64,000 bases of DNA from an uncultured Planctomycetota bacterium (GCA_963823665.1 CAWGMQ010000012.1:1-64000), one strand, 5' to 3'; counted from the stretch's first letter, positions 11,595 to 23,565 are shown. Numbers and translations: made by a program. The notes: a model not told the origin generated them from the letters alone.

Positions 11595-12521
11595 TCACTT
11601 TTGGCCGGAGTCACTGAGAGGTCGCGGGACATATCGGCCGCCGTTGGCAGCGGCGATCCGCTTGAGATGGTCGCCGGCCTGTCCACCGGTCAAGTCGACG
11701 CAGTGGATCGGAACCTTGTGTTTGTTAATGGTCGTGATCTCGTCGACGGTTCCCTCGGGAAAGGCACCGTCTGAGAGCAGGAACACCGCATCCGGCTTCA
11801 TTCCCAAAGCCTGTCTCACGGCGGCGCGGGGATCGGTCCCGCCGTCCGGCTCGATCAAGCGGAGCCAGGCAAGCAGGAGGTTTTTGGACTGGAGATCCGC
11901 CGTCCGGGGCGTCGGCCCACCCGGCATGGGGTTGGATTCGTGGTTATAGAAGATCACCTCGAATCGCTGCGGCGGTTGCAGGGCCATGACGCTTCGCCGC
12001 AGCTCCATCGTCGCGCGGCATGCGCGCCTCGTCGATCATGCTTCCCGAGCTATCAACGACGTAGACGAAAAAGAGCCCCCGCTCGCGGATCCCGAAAAAT
12101 GAAGCTTGCCGCCACGGAGGCACTGCCTCCAGTCGAACGGAATCGGCAGGACTGTAGCGATCCTTGGGGTCGCTGCCCGGCGGCAACAAAAACGGGCTCT
12201 TTGCCTTTTGCATGTCGGCCAGCGTGCGCACTTGCACGGCTTCCGAGCCAGAGGCGGCCGCTGACCGAGGCGAGTCGGCAGCGGGAGCGCTCGCGGCCGG
12301 CTTTTGATCTTGTCGCGCGCCGACTTGACGCCCGCCTTGGATTTTGAGGTTGGCGTTGTCGCCGCCTGCGACCGCGCGTCCTTCTTCGGGACTGGCGTCT
12401 CTGTCGTTTTCTCCTTCGTTTGAGACCGAGACTGGCTGGGAAATTCCTTTGTTGCCGGAGACAACCGTTGGTCCTGGGCCGCCACGACGCTCGCAATAAT
12501 CAGGGCCGGCACCCACGACAT
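11595..12521 (-). CDS. Secreted von Willebrand factor A domain protein (frameshifted)
   Basis: Signal peptide, 'VYVVDSSGSM' MIDAS motif, 'GGTDP', 'VFLLSDG'. Confidence 0.8.
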
Positions 12522-12776
12522 TTTTTGATCACTCCTTTCCGGGCCAGCCGAAACCTCTCACACGGGCCCGCGCGACCGCAAAAGCCTCGGCGGCGGACGC
12601 CGCTAGTTTACCATAACGAGATTGCGGTTGGATGGTTCCTATTTTGACCACTAGGATCGTCCGCGCGTGTTTTATAGAATACAGGGGAAATGGGAGGATC
12701 GCACTCGGCGCGGCTGCCGAATGGGGCGTGAATTCTGGGTCGCGGCGAACGGGATTTCTCCGAGTGGGTATCGCAA

Positions 12777-13571
12777 ATGCTGGCGAAGCGGATCATTCCC
12801 TGTCTCGATGTCAACCACGGCCGAGTGGTCAAGGGAACGAACTTTGTCAATCTCAGGGACGCGGGCGATCCGGTTGCGGTCGCGGCGCGCTACGACGCCG
12901 AAGGAGCCGATGAGCTCGTGTTCCTGGACATCACGGCCAGCCACGAGGCTCGCGCCATCCTGCTAGACGTGGTGCGTCGCACGGCCGAGGTCTGCTTCAT
13001 GCCGCTTTGCGTCGGCGGCGGGATCCGTACGCTTGACGACATCCGAACCCTCTTGAAAGCCGGCGCCGACAAGGTCTCGATCAACTCAGCGGCGGTGCGC
13101 GATCCCGAGCTAGTCCGCCAGGCGGCTCGCCGGTTCGGCAGCCAATGTATTGTCGTCAACATCGACCCAAAGCGCGTCGAGCGAGAGGGACGTGAAATCT
13201 GGGAAGTTCACATTAATGGCGGGCGGGTGCCGACTGGCCGAGAAGCCGTTTCGTGGGCCAAGGAGGTCGAGCAATTGGGCGCCGGCGAGATCGTTCTGAC
13301 GAGCATGGACGCCGACGGCACGCAAAACGGATACGACCTGGAAATGACGCGGGCCGTGGTCAACTCTGTCGAGATCCCCGTGGTAGCCTCCGGCGGCGCA
13401 GGCAGCCCCGAACATCTTCGCGCCGCTTTGGCCGAAGGGGGTGCTAGCGCCGCACTGGCGGCAAGCATCTTTCATTACCGGCAGTATTCGATTGAAGAAA
13501 CCAAGGACTACCTGGCCCGACACGGAGTGCCCGTCCGGCTGGTCGAGCCGCGCAAGCAGGCAGTCGCCTGA
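12777..13571 (+). CDS. hisF: Imidazole glycerol phosphate synthase cyclase subunit
   Basis: '[12 protein letters not shown]...VVKG', '[13 protein letters not shown]', 'AALAASIFH'. Confidence 0.97.
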   Translation: MLAKRIIPCLDVNHGRVVKGTNFVNLRDAGDPVAVAARYDAEGADELVFLDITASHEARAILLDVVRRTAEVCFMPLCVGGGIRTLDDIRTLLKAGADKVSINSAAVRDPELVRQAARRFGSQCIVVNIDPKRVEREGREIWEVHINGGRVPTGREAVSWAKEVEQLGAGEIVLTSMDADGTQNGYDLEMTRAVVNSVEIPVVASGGAGSPEHLRAALAEGGASAALAASIFHYRQYSIEETKDYLARHGVPVRLVEPRKQAVA

Positions 13572-13582
13572 ATTGGACGTAT

Positions 13583-13633
13583 CTCGTAAGATAACGTAAA
13601 TCGGAGTGCTCGTAAGCTAGCGTAAATCGGAGT
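13583..13633. repeat. Tandem 25-bp direct repeat upstream of pilT
   Basis: CTCGTAAGATAACGTAAATCGGAGT (13583-13607) and CTCGTAAGCTAGCGTAAATCGGAGT (13609-13633). Confidence 0.85.
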
Positions 13634-13713
13634 CGGGCCCTGGCGGCGACGGCCGGCTCAACCGCACAATTGCATGGTTCCCCATTTACCCGGATGAACA
13701 GGAGCGCAAGTCC

Positions 13714-14866
13714 ATGGCGACGGTTACCGATTCCCCCGTCGAAATCCTGCCGAATGAGCCCGAGGCGAACAAGCTCTTTCGAATGGTGATGAAGTTCAAG
13801 GGGTCAGACCTTCACCTGAAGGTCGGCCAGCCACCCGCGATGCGGCTGGCCGGCGTGCTGCGATACATGCAGCTACCGCCGCTCGTCACCGCCGAGATGG
13901 AGCGCCTCGATGTATCCCCTGTTGTCGGCCCGGCAACGAAAAATCCTTGACGAGGAAGGCGGGGTCGATCTCGCCCATGTGGTCATCGACGGAGATCTCG
14001 AGACACGCTTTCGTGTGAACCTGTTCAGGCAGCACGGCAAGCTCAGCTTGGTCGCGCGACGCGTCAACAATTCGATTCCCAACTTCGAGGGCCTTGGCCT
14101 ACCGGCCGTGCTTGGCGAGATCGCCAGTTACGACCAGGGGATCATTATCCTCGCCGGCGTTACCGGCAGTGGAAAGTCAACGACGATCGCGTCGATGCTC
14201 CAGTATGTCAACGAGCGCGAGCGCTATCACATCGTCACCCTCGAAGACCCGATCGAATACACCTTCCGCGATGACAAGTCGATCATCAACCAGCGGGAGA
14301 TCGGCATCGACGTGATCAACTGGGATATCGCTCTGAAGCATGCGGTGCGTCAGGATCCCGACATCATCCTGGTCGGCGAGATGCGCGACAAGGACACGTT
14401 CAGCGCGGCCCTGCACGCGGCCGAAACCGGCCACCTCGTCTTCGGCACGATTCACGCTTCAAGCGCACCATCCACAATCAGCCGCATCCTCGACCTCTTC
14501 CCACGCGACATGCACGGTGCGATGCGGCAGAATCTGGCGTTCAATCTCAAGGCGATCGTTGCCCAGAAACTGCTGCCGACGACCAAGGAGCTGGCCGCCA
14601 AGGGTCAGCCCCGCGTGCCGACCTGCGAGATCTTGAGGATGAATCCGACGGTCCGCAAACTGATTCAAAACGAGGAGGATAACAAGCTTGCGGATGCGAT
14701 CCGGATCGGGAAGGAAGAAGGTATGATGGATTTCACCGAGAGTCTGCGCCAGCTTGTTGTCGCCGAAAAGATCGAGCGCGGCACCGCGTTCGAGGTCGCG
14801 CCCAGCCCCGAGGCTTTGAAAATGGCGCTCAAGGGGATTACACTCTCACAACCGGGAATTCTCTAA
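13714..14866 (+). CDS. pilT: PilT/PilU family type IV pilus ATPase (one frameshift near 13910)
   Basis: 'SDLHLKVG', Walker A 'GVTGSGKSTT', 'TLEDPIEY', 'RQDPDIILVGEMRD', 'AETGHLVFGTIH'. Confidence 0.9.
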
Positions 14867-14995
14867 CAAGTTGGCTGCCTTACCACACTGGTGGTGGCGT
14901 CGAAAGACCGCCCAGGCCGAGCTCGGCGCGACTGGATGCCGGTCGTGCAAACCGGCTGGCGGCAACCAGCCAAATCGCACCAAGAAAGGTTGGCA

Positions 14996-16748
14996 ATGTC
15001 TCGCGCGTTCCTGGCGATTCTGACATTCTCCGCAGCCGTTCTCGGCCTCAGCGCCGCGGCAGATGCCTCCGACGTCTTTTCGGTCATACTGGCGCAGTCG
15101 CCCTCGATTGTGCGGGGGACCGGGATGTATTTGAATCTCTTCAAGTTCATCCCGGTGGTGCTCGTTTACTTGCTCTGGACCTGGAGCACCGACTGGGTCG
15201 AACACGACACCCAAGAATTGAACAATCTCAAGTTTGCGATCTGGAATAGCGCCGTTTTCTTCTCCGGCGTGCTCGGGTTGCTCTTGGTCTTCGCCATCCC
15301 GATCTATCCCCTCGCGATGGGGCTGCTCTTGCTCTCCTACTTCGTGCCCATCCTGACCTATGTCTACGCCCGCAATCAGACAGTGCCCGACGATCAGAAG
15401 GTGTTGACCCCTTACCACCTCGGTGAGCTCGCCAACGACCTGTTGTTCCGGCTGGGCATGAAGCCGCTCTTTAACCGCGACGTCACGCCCGTTGATCGGG
15501 CCGGCCCACCGATCACGTTTGTCGGCAAGACCCAGGGCGGCGGCGGCGGCAAGGAAGACCCCGGTCGGGTGCGCCAGGCCGAGGAATCGCGGTCGTACAT
15601 GGCGTGCAAGGAGCTGGTCTATGACGCGGTGCTAAGGCGCGCGACCGACATCCACCTGGAGCCGACCGTCGAACAGCTATCGGTCCGCTATCGCATCGAT
15701 GGCATCCTCCACGCCGCCGAGCCGTTCGATCGGCCGACCGGCGACGCCGTCGTCAATGTGTTCAAGGTTCTCTCCGCGCTCGATATCTCCGAAAAACGGA
15801 AGCCGCAGGACGGCTCGTTCGGCGCCAAACTGCAAGGGCGCGATCTCGACTTCCGCGTGGCAACTTCGGGCTCGAAAGCCGGTGAGAAGCTGGTCATGCG
15901 TATTCTCGACAACTCGAGCGCGATCACCAAGCTGGAAGACCTGGGCATGAGGCCCAAGCTCATCGAATCAGTCCGTGGTATCGTGACCCAGCCTCACGGC
16001 ATGTTTCTCTGCTGCGGTCCGACGGGCGCTGGTAAATCCACCACCCTTTACGCGGCGCTCCGCGAGATAGACCGCTACCAGAAAAACATCATCACGGTCG
16101 AAGACCCGATCGAATACCACCTCGACAACATCACCCAGATGGAGGTCAACACCAAATCCGGTCAGACCTTCGCGGGCAGCCTGCGATCCATCCTGCGGCA
16201 AGACCCCGACGTGATCATGATCGGCGAAATCCGGGACCAGGAAACGGCCTCGATCGCCTGCCAGGCCTCGAACACCGGGCACATGGTATTCTCGACCGTC
16301 CACTCCAACGATGCCGTGACCGCCTTGTTCCGATTGCTCGACCTCGGCGTCGAGCCGTTCATGATCGCCTCGGCACTCTCGGGCGTGCTCGCCCAGCGGC
16401 TCGTCCGCCTGCTCTGCGAGGTCTGCAAGGAACCCTACAAACCCAAGCCCGATTTCCTCCGCAAGGCCAACCTCCCCGTCGAAAAGGTCGACGTCTTCTA
16501 TCGCCGCCCCGAAAACCCCGAACAGGTCTGCCAGCAATGCGGCGGGACGGGCTATTTCGGTCGAATCGGAATCTTCGAGCTGATGGTCTTGACCGAGCCG
16601 ATGAGGGACATGATCCGCGAAAACCCGTCCATTACCAAGATCAAGGCCGAGGCGCAAAAACGGCATGATCTATCTCCAGGAGGACGGCCTTCGCCAGGTG
16701 ATCCAGGGTCGTACCTCGATCGAGGAGCTACTCCGAGTCGTGAAATAG
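14996..16748 (+). CDS. GspE/PulE/PilB family ATPase with N-terminal transmembrane segments
   Basis: 'ATDIHLEP', 'YRIDGIL', 'GPTGAGKSTT', 'LRQDPDVIMIGEIRD' and a CxxC...CxxC motif; frameshift near 16655 restores 'GMIYLQEDGLRQVIQGRTSIEELLRVVK*'. Confidence 0.9.
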
Positions 16749-16847
16749 ATCACGCTGCCAGCGGAAATTCATAACGGAACTGTTCGCGCTACCTCGGGGC
16801 CAAAACCCTCTTCCGGCCCGTCGCAATCGAAACTCGAGACACTCGCC

Positions 16848-17576
16848 ATGATGACAAATGTTATCAACTTGATCATCGCCGGACTCATCCTCGGCATGAC
16901 CTATGCGCTCACGAGCGAAGGGCTCTGGGGCGCAGCCCTGATGTTCTTCAACGTCTTGTTCGGGGCGCTCGTTGCCTTCAACTTTTACGAGCCGCTGGCG
17001 ACACTCCTGGATCGGACCGGCATCAACTGGGGGTTCTCCGATACTCTCTGCATGTTGGGTCTCTTTTGCGTCACGGTGCTGCTCTTGCGGATGACGACCG
17101 AAACGATCGGTCCTGCGATGGTGCGATTTCCCATGCCGATCTACCACATCGGCCGGCTCATCTTCGGAGTTGGCGGGGCAGTCATCACCGTGGCGGTGAT
17201 CATCCTCGCATTTCACGCGGCTCCGGTTCACAAGAAGATCTTCACGGTGGTAGACTATAACACCAAGCCCCCGTTCGGCTTGGGCATTGACCACCAGTTT
17301 CTGGGCTTTTTTCAGCATGTGACCGGAACGGTATTTGCGCGGTACGGCGTCGGCGGCCGTGATCCGTTCCGGGAATACGGACATGGAGGCGCTGTCAAGG
17401 TATTCGATCCGCGAGCGGAGTGGCTGATCAACCACCAGGAAGCTCGGCCGTACGGTAACGAAACGCTCTTGGGCACAGACGAGGGCGGTGGCGAAGGTAA
17501 GGCGGAGGGTCAAGCGCCGGGTGGCAGGGGGGCCGGCCGGAGGGGAGCGCCGGGGCCAGGCAGTCCTCCGCCGTGA
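16848..17576 (+). CDS. CvpA (colicin V production)-like membrane protein
   Basis: Four hydrophobic helices, 'EGLWGAALMFFNVLFGALVAFNFYEPLA'; follows gspE. Confidence 0.7.
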   Translation: MMTNVINLIIAGLILGMTYALTSEGLWGAALMFFNVLFGALVAFNFYEPLATLLDRTGINWGFSDTLCMLGLFCVTVLLLRMTTETIGPAMVRFPMPIYHIGRLIFGVGGAVITVAVIILAFHAAPVHKKIFTVVDYNTKPPFGLGIDHQFLGFFQHVTGTVFARYGVGGRDPFREYGHGGAVKVFDPRAEWLINHQEARPYGNETLLGTDEGGGEGKAEGQAPGGRGAGRRGAPGPGSPPP

Positions 17577-17616
17577 GATTGGTGGCCCGGATCGCATGAT
17601 GAATGCGGGCTGCGCG

Positions 17617-18165
17617 TCACCGGTTTGGGCTGGCCGCGCTGGGCTTGGCATAGGACCGTAGCTCGACCAGCTCGAAGCGCGGACGGGGAGATTTTCCAAT
17701 GGTTTGCTGCGTCTGGAGCCGGTAGACCCCGACGCGGTTCGTGGTGGTTTCAAACACGTAAAGCGGCGCCCAGCCCTCGGTGTAAGCGCCCAGCGAGCCG
17801 GTGGTCATGAGGAAATGCGGGTCGTGCGATCCGTCGAGTTCGAGCCGGAAATCGGCAATCAGGTTGCGCTCCTCGAATGTGTCGATCAGGTTGAGCGACT
17901 TGGTGGTCTGGCGATAGGTTGGGATCGTCGCCAGCAGCCGACCTCCCTTATAATCGAGGAAGTAGAGAGCATCGGTCGCGATCGCCGACTTGGTTCCCTC
18001 GTCGAAGCGAACCATTACCGGACCGGTCGCCACCACGGACTCGCCCCACCGGTCGCCGGCACTCGCACGCAATGGCGCCGGCCGAATGCTCGCCAGGCAC
18101 CAGCCGAAGATAACTCCGCAAAAGAGTGTAACAATAGTCGGCATACGCATTTGGGAAACGGCCAT
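17617..18165 (-). CDS. Hypothetical protein with N-terminal membrane anchor or signal
   Basis: C-terminal part of ORF 17617..18399; 'ALYFLDYKGGRLLA', 'PHFLMTTG', 'LYVFETTT'. Confidence 0.7.
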   Translation of the reverse strand: MAVSQMRMPTIVTLFCGVIFGWCLASIRPAPLRASAGDRWGESVVATGPVMVRFDEGTKSAIATDALYFLDYKGGRLLATIPTYRQTTKSLNLIDTFEERNLIADFRLELDGSHDPHFLMTTGSLGAYTEGWAPLYVFETTTNRVGVYRLQTQQTIGKSPRPRFELVELRSYAKPSAASPNR

Positions 18166-18439
18166 GGTTGAATGACTCCCTTCCGGTTTGTCGCACGCTC
18201 GTGAATTGAGCGAGCGGGCTCTTGGGCTCCGTTTTTGACGTTCGTCGTCGTCCGTGGGCTTCGTTTTGACATTCGCCGTCGCCGTGACAGGCCAGGCATT
18301 GTGAATTGATCGGGGAAAGGCGTCTAGAGCAACAACGACGCCGACAAACCGTTTGGAAAGTCGATGACCGAATAATCCGTATCCCGCGGCGTCTCCCACA
18401 CGGGAAACTACGCGAAATCCCTCCGCCGGAGAAACCTCG

Positions 18440-20089
18440 ATGAGCGGTGTCGGTTTTCTCCTCGCTTCGGCACTTTTTCTTCAGGTGCCTCCGCCGGCAA
18501 CCACAAACAAGGCTGGAAGTGAGCTTGAAGCCGCGCGGCGGTGGATCGTCGCCCGCGAGACCGCCGCGCTCGATGGACTCGCCGACGAACTCACGCGCCT
18601 GAATAAACCGGCAGCCGCCGCCCAGCTCCGTAAGTTGTTCCCGCCTGGGGCTACTTCCGACGGTCCGACGCGCGTGATGCCGCTGCCCGAAGCGGTCGGC
18701 CCCGGAGGTATACCAGCGGGCGGAGGAGAACACCTTCCCGGCCTTGAAGAATCACAGCGTGCCCCGGCCCTTGACCCAGAGCGGCGAGCCAAGTTTGAGG
18801 AGATTCGCGGCCAAGCAGCGACAAAGCTCTTCGAGGTGGCCCAGCGTGCCGCCAAGTCGGAGCCGCCACGCTACTCATTGGCCAGCGTTTGCCTCCGCTT
18901 GGTTCTCCAGCGGCAGCCCGATCACCCCGAGGCGCGACGGCTCATGGGCTATGTCCGGCATGGCAATGGCTGGGCTCGTCCTTTCGCGATCCGGCAGCTC
19001 AAAGAGGGGCACGTGAATCACCCCATTTTCGGCTGGGTGCCGGCGGATTGGCCGCCGCATCTCGAAAAGGGTGAATTGCCCGCGCCCCAGGGACGGGGCG
19101 ACAAGCGAACCCGCTGGCTCCCCGCCGCCGAAGCCGACGGGCTGCGGGCCAATTGGGAACGTCCATGGCAGATCAACACCGAGCACTTCGAGCTTCGAAC
19201 CGATGTGACACTCGCCGAGGCGATTCGCTTCGGCCGGCGCCTGGAAGCATTTCATGACCTCTTCACCACCGTTCTCGCGGATATCCTCGGCGAAAACCTG
19301 CCGCTGGTTCGCCGGTTTCAGAACCCAGCGATGACCGGAGATCCCCCCTCCAAGCAACACGTCGTCTATTACTTCGCGTCAAAAGACGAATACGTCGCAT
19401 TTTTCCAGAACAAGGCCGGCGCTCCCGATCTCGAGCAGAGCCTGGGTTATTATGAACCACCCAAGTCCGCTCATGGTCGTGCCCCCGCCTATTTCTTCCG
19501 AGACCCCAACGGTCAGCTTCCCGTAGAGGCCAATCTCTATCACGAGGTATCGCACCAGCTTCTTTTCGAGACGGCCGGATCAAACGCCTACACCAAGAAT
19601 GTCGGGAATTACTGGGTCTTCGAGGGCTTGGGAACATACTTCGAGACGGTCTCGCCGCAAGCCGACGGGTCGCTCGAGGTCGGAGGAATCGTCGGCCGCC
19701 GCATCGAGGAAGCGCTCAAGTCGCTGATCGACCAGAAGCGGGAAATCCCCTTGGCCCGATTCATCGCGCTCGATCAGCAGGACTTCAAGAAGGACAATCC
19801 GCAGATTTATCTCTATTACCAGCAGGCGATGGCTCTGGCTGTCTTCCTGATGCAATGGCGCGACGGAACCTACCGTGACCCGTTCCTCGATTACGTACGC
19901 GACGCCTACCGAGGCCGGCTCAAGCGTAATACCGGCCGATCGCTCCAGGATCGCCTCGGCCAGCCTTATGAAATGCTCGATCGGCAGTTCTTGGTCTTTT
20001 TGGAGAGCGGTCGTGCCCGGGTGGCAAGTCACGAGCCGGATCACGCGAATGCCAAGAGCGGGGGGATCCGGACTGTCCCGAACCCTTGA
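18440..20089 (+). CDS. DUF1570-like secreted protein (HExxH metallopeptidase-like)
   Basis: Signal peptide, 'PDHPEARRLMGY', 'LYHEVSHQLL', 'WVFEGLGTYFE'. Confidence 0.78.
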   Translation: MSGVGFLLASALFLQVPPPATTNKAGSELEAARRWIVARETAALDGLADELTRLNKPAAAAQLRKLFPPGATSDGPTRVMPLPEAVGPGGIPAGGGEHLPGLEESQRAPALDPERRAKFEEIRGQAATKLFEVAQRAAKSEPPRYSLASVCLRLVLQRQPDHPEARRLMGYVRHGNGWARPFAIRQLKEGHVNHPIFGWVPADWPPHLEKGELPAPQGRGDKRTRWLPAAEADGLRANWERPWQINTEHFELRTDVTLAEAIRFGRRLEAFHDLFTTVLADILGENLPLVRRFQNPAMTGDPPSKQHVVYYFASKDEYVAFFQNKAGAPDLEQSLGYYEPPKSAHGRAPAYFFRDPNGQLPVEANLYHEVSHQLLFETAGSNAYTKNVGNYWVFEGLGTYFETVSPQADGSLEVGGIVGRRIEEALKSLIDQKREIPLARFIALDQQDFKKDNPQIYLYYQQAMALAVFLMQWRDGTYRDPFLDYVRDAYRGRLKRNTGRSLQDRLGQPYEMLDRQFLVFLESGRARVASHEPDHANAKSGGIRTVPNP

Positions 20090-20092
20090 GGT

Positions 20093-20336
20093 TTATTCGC
20101 CTACATAAGGCATCAGCGCCATGAAGCGGGCGCGCTTGACGGCGGTGCTCGAAGCTGCGCTGGAACGCCGCGCAACTGCCGCTGCGCTTGCGCGAGAAGA
20201 TCTTATTCTGATTGGTGCACAGCTTCTTGAGCAGGCCGATATCCTTGTAATCGACATAAGCCGGCCGTGGGCAGCCATCTCGGGTGCAAAACCGGCAGCG
20301 ATTCTTGCGGTTTCGTCCAAACTTCTTCCGGGGCAT
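20093..20336 (-). CDS. rpsR: 30S ribosomal protein S18 (one apparent frameshift)
   Basis: 'CRFC...VDYKDIGLLKK...KIFSRKRSG.C' followed by 'AVKRARFMALMPY'. Confidence 0.93.
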
Positions 20337-20550
20337 TTCCTTCTTATCCTTGACGCATTAAGAAATAAAAAACGGTTCGAGGGGCCGATCAAGCCACGCG
20401 ACCGGTGCGCATACGATGTCTCAAATTGTCGGAAACTATGAATTTAGCCCCATTGCTTTTTGCCGTCAAGCGCGGCAAGCGGCTTGCTCGAACAGACGGA
20501 GGATTGGCACTTCGAAGGCGCAAACATGTGCTTCGGTTTTCACTCGGACG

Positions 20551-21874
20551 TCACTGCTCGCCAAAGTAGCCAATCCAAGCCAGGTCGAGCACGTCAGGCG
20601 TCAGCTCCATGGCTTTGCCCTGGAAGCGGCAGATGTCGCAGGCTCGCTCGATCAGGTTGCGCGGCTCGCACGAGCGCGAACCCGGTTTTCGCGCGGTAAC
20701 GCTCCAGCAGTTGGGCGATCTGCTCGGGAGCGATGGCTAGCCCCCGGCGCTCGGCGTATTGCTGGAAAATCTGCGTGAATTGTTCCGGGGTGGGCGTCCC
20801 CAGATAGACGCGATAGCCAAGTCGGCGCAAGAAAGCAGGGTCAGTCACCACGTCGGGGCTGAGGTTGGTGGCGATGATCAGCACGTGACGCAACGGTAAT
20901 TGAATCTTCTGACCCGTGCGCAACGTGAAAAAATCGACCTGATACTCCATGGGCGTGATGAAACGATTGAGCAACTGGTCGGGTGAAACGCGCTCACGGC
21001 CAAAGTCATCGACCAGGAACACGCCGCCGTTGGCCTTGAGATGTGGAGGCGCCTCATATTGGTGTAGCGCGGGGCTATAAATCAAATCGAGGGACTCGAG
21101 CGTCAACTCGCCACCAACCACGACCAGCGGACGACGGATTCGAATCCATCGTTGATCGATCGATGCGGCCGTCTCGCCGTCGCTCTTTAGACGCTCATGA
21201 GCCTGATCATCGTAGAGGCGGATCACGTCGTTGCCCACGCTGATGGCGTAGGGTATCCAGTAGCCTCCGGGAAGGGCGGCATGGAGCTTCCGGCCGACAC
21301 TGCTTTTTCCGTTTCCAGGCGGCCCGAAGAGAAACAGGCTGCGCCCCGACGAGACGGCGAGGCCGGCGAGCGCCGCGGCCTTCGGTGAGATGACCAGTCC
21401 CGAGAGCGCGGCGGCCACGTTCTCGGGCTTGACCGGCCGCATGTTGGCGAATTGCCAGCGCAGCATCGCCGTATAAGACTCCAGGCTCACCGGCGCTGGC
21501 CCAATGTACCCGCAAATCTCCATCAACCGCGACGCAGTTGCACGGCCCTCGGCTGTGATCCGGTAATGGTGACCGCCTTCACCAGTCTGCCAGAGTTGTT
21601 CCATATTCCCATCCATGCAGACTCGCTCCAAGACCTGACGAGCCAGCGCGGGTGAGATGTGGAGATGCTCGGCGACCCATTCGGTGGTGAACCGGTTCTC
21701 AGTGAAGCCCCACTTCACGAGCAGGTCAGCCAGGATGTGCGGTTGCAGCCCCGTTGACCCGACGTCCTGGGGTACCTTGGGTGCGATCAGGTTTCCCACG
21801 CGGTGGAGAGGTGGCAGGTTGGGGTCTTTGGCAGTCGCCTCGGCGGTTTCGCCGCTTGTAGTCTTCTGTGCCAT
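20551..21874 (-). CDS. AAA-family ATPase with N-terminal wHTH-like region (frameshift near 20700)
   Basis: Walker A 'GPPGNGKS', 'YEAPPHLKANGGVFLVDDFGR', 'DPAFLRRLGY'. Confidence 0.85.
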
Positions 21875-22132
21875 GACGATGCTTTTCGAGTTGGAGGGAT
21901 TCGAGCGTGGAAGCAACCGGCGCGTCGTTTGATCACGCGATGCTCAGCCTACGACCCAGCTCGCCGATCAGGCACGCCAACAACCATCCTTGATAATAGT
22001 TGTGTCAGAAACGGCCGACAAGCGGCGCGCGTTTTTCCGGTAGTCGAAGGCAGCGCGACCGACCGTCGGACGGCCGTGTCTGCCGGGAACGCCTGTCCCT
22101 CATGCGTTCTCGTGCATTTGGCATACTAAGGG

Positions 22133-22645
22133 TCACCACGAGGCAAACACGTCTAGCGGCAGGTCCCGCATCCCGAGCCTGGTCTTCCATGCGGCGAGCT
22201 GATCCGGCTTGCCCCATGCATCATAGAGCCGAATCACTGGCGCTGGGCCGCCTCTGGTAGACGGGGCTTGGCTGGTGCGGAGATCTTCGTTTCCCGTGCC
22301 TTCAGTCCCTCATAGCCCGGTACGACCAGCGGCTCGGCCTCCGCGTAGCGCCTTTGGCCCAAGAGCGCCCCGCCGACTTGGCTCATGGCATTGAAGCGCG
22401 ACCCTTCGTCGGGCAGCACGGTCTCGCGGATCGCCAGGCTTTCGCGGAGCACAGTCTCGGCCTTCGCCCAACTCTCCTGTTCGAGCAGGTTTCGGCCTAA
22501 GCCGGCGAGCTCTCCGGCGAGTACGCGCATGTCGAGCGGCACGGTCTTGCGGCGCTGGGCAACGAGCCCGCGGCGCAGGGCCTCGGCCTCTGCCCACCGC
22601 CCGCGTGATTCCTGAGCAAGAATGAGCCTGGACGTGAACATCAGG
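22133..22645 (-). pseudogene. Remnant: C-terminal TPR part of a Ser/Thr kinase-TPR type protein
   Basis: 'AETVLRESLAIRE', 'YAEAEPLVVPGYEGL', 'LYDAWGKPD'; no kinase domain or clear start upstream. Confidence 0.7.
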
Positions 22646-22807
22646 GTGTTTGCGTGACGGGACCGTAAGCGCGGCAGGCGGCGGGCACTACCCGCTCCCA
22701 CAGGGCAATCGCCTCCGCTTCCCTGCCGGTCCCTTCATAGAATGCGGCGAGCACGGCCCGACCGAGGACACTCGCAGGGTGCCCGTCCCCCTGTTTCGAG
22801 TGGACTT

Positions 22808-23123
22808 AGGCGATCCGTCGTGGGCGTTGCAAGCCATCACCCGAAAGGAGGCCAGCACCTACACTGTCGATCCGAATAGTATCGCGGCTGCCTGGAACGC
22901 GGGCCAGATCATCGTCCTTTCGTCGAGCCCCAACGCAAACGACAATCTGATCGTGGGCGATTCGACGGGCACGCACGCTTACGCCGTGGTGGGCTATAGC
23001 CCTGCGAGCGTCACCCCTTTTGAGCTTTACAATCCCTGGGGTTTGAGCTCGGTAGTCGATTCTGAGATCTCTTACCAGAATCAATGGTTTACGCTGGTCC
23101 ATTCTGGATCGGGACGTCCCTGA
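22808..23123 (+). pseudogene. Remnant of a calpain-like (C2) cysteine peptidase
   Basis: 'HAYAVVGY...LYNPWG' (catalytic His/Asn region); the catalytic Cys region is missing. Confidence 0.7.
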
Positions 23124-23565
23124 TCAACCCCGACTTTGAGTCTCGATCCGCAGTTCCCGGTAGCATGACACCCTCGACCGGGCGCGCCGCCTACACGTTG
23201 ACGTCCCCCAGGGGAGCGAGCAAGGAAACCATGAGTATCGGGTTCCCAGTCGCGAAATCTCTCCGCCACTTCCCGGATTCTGCGCACAAGAAAGCGTTGG
23301 CGGGCTTCCGGTCGCTCGATCGGTGCGGGGATTCGCCCAGCCGCTGGACCAAGAAGGCAAATGGCCCGGACAATTCGCTTCCACCGAGAGGAGTGTTGCG
23401 ATCGGGGTCGCGTCCCTGAAGCTTCACTCGGCCTCATCCTCGACTTCGTCGCGTCCAGGGTTCGCCCGCGACTCCGAAGTGGGAAACCGCGCTCAGTCGC
23501 TTGACCACCGTCTACGCCGCGCCGCCAAACCAGGCGATCCAGCCGAAGTCCGGCGTGCGTGACAA

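Noticed and set aside
13583..13633. Direct repeat as a mini-CRISPR
   Set aside because: Only two units, separated by 1 nt, with no spacer.
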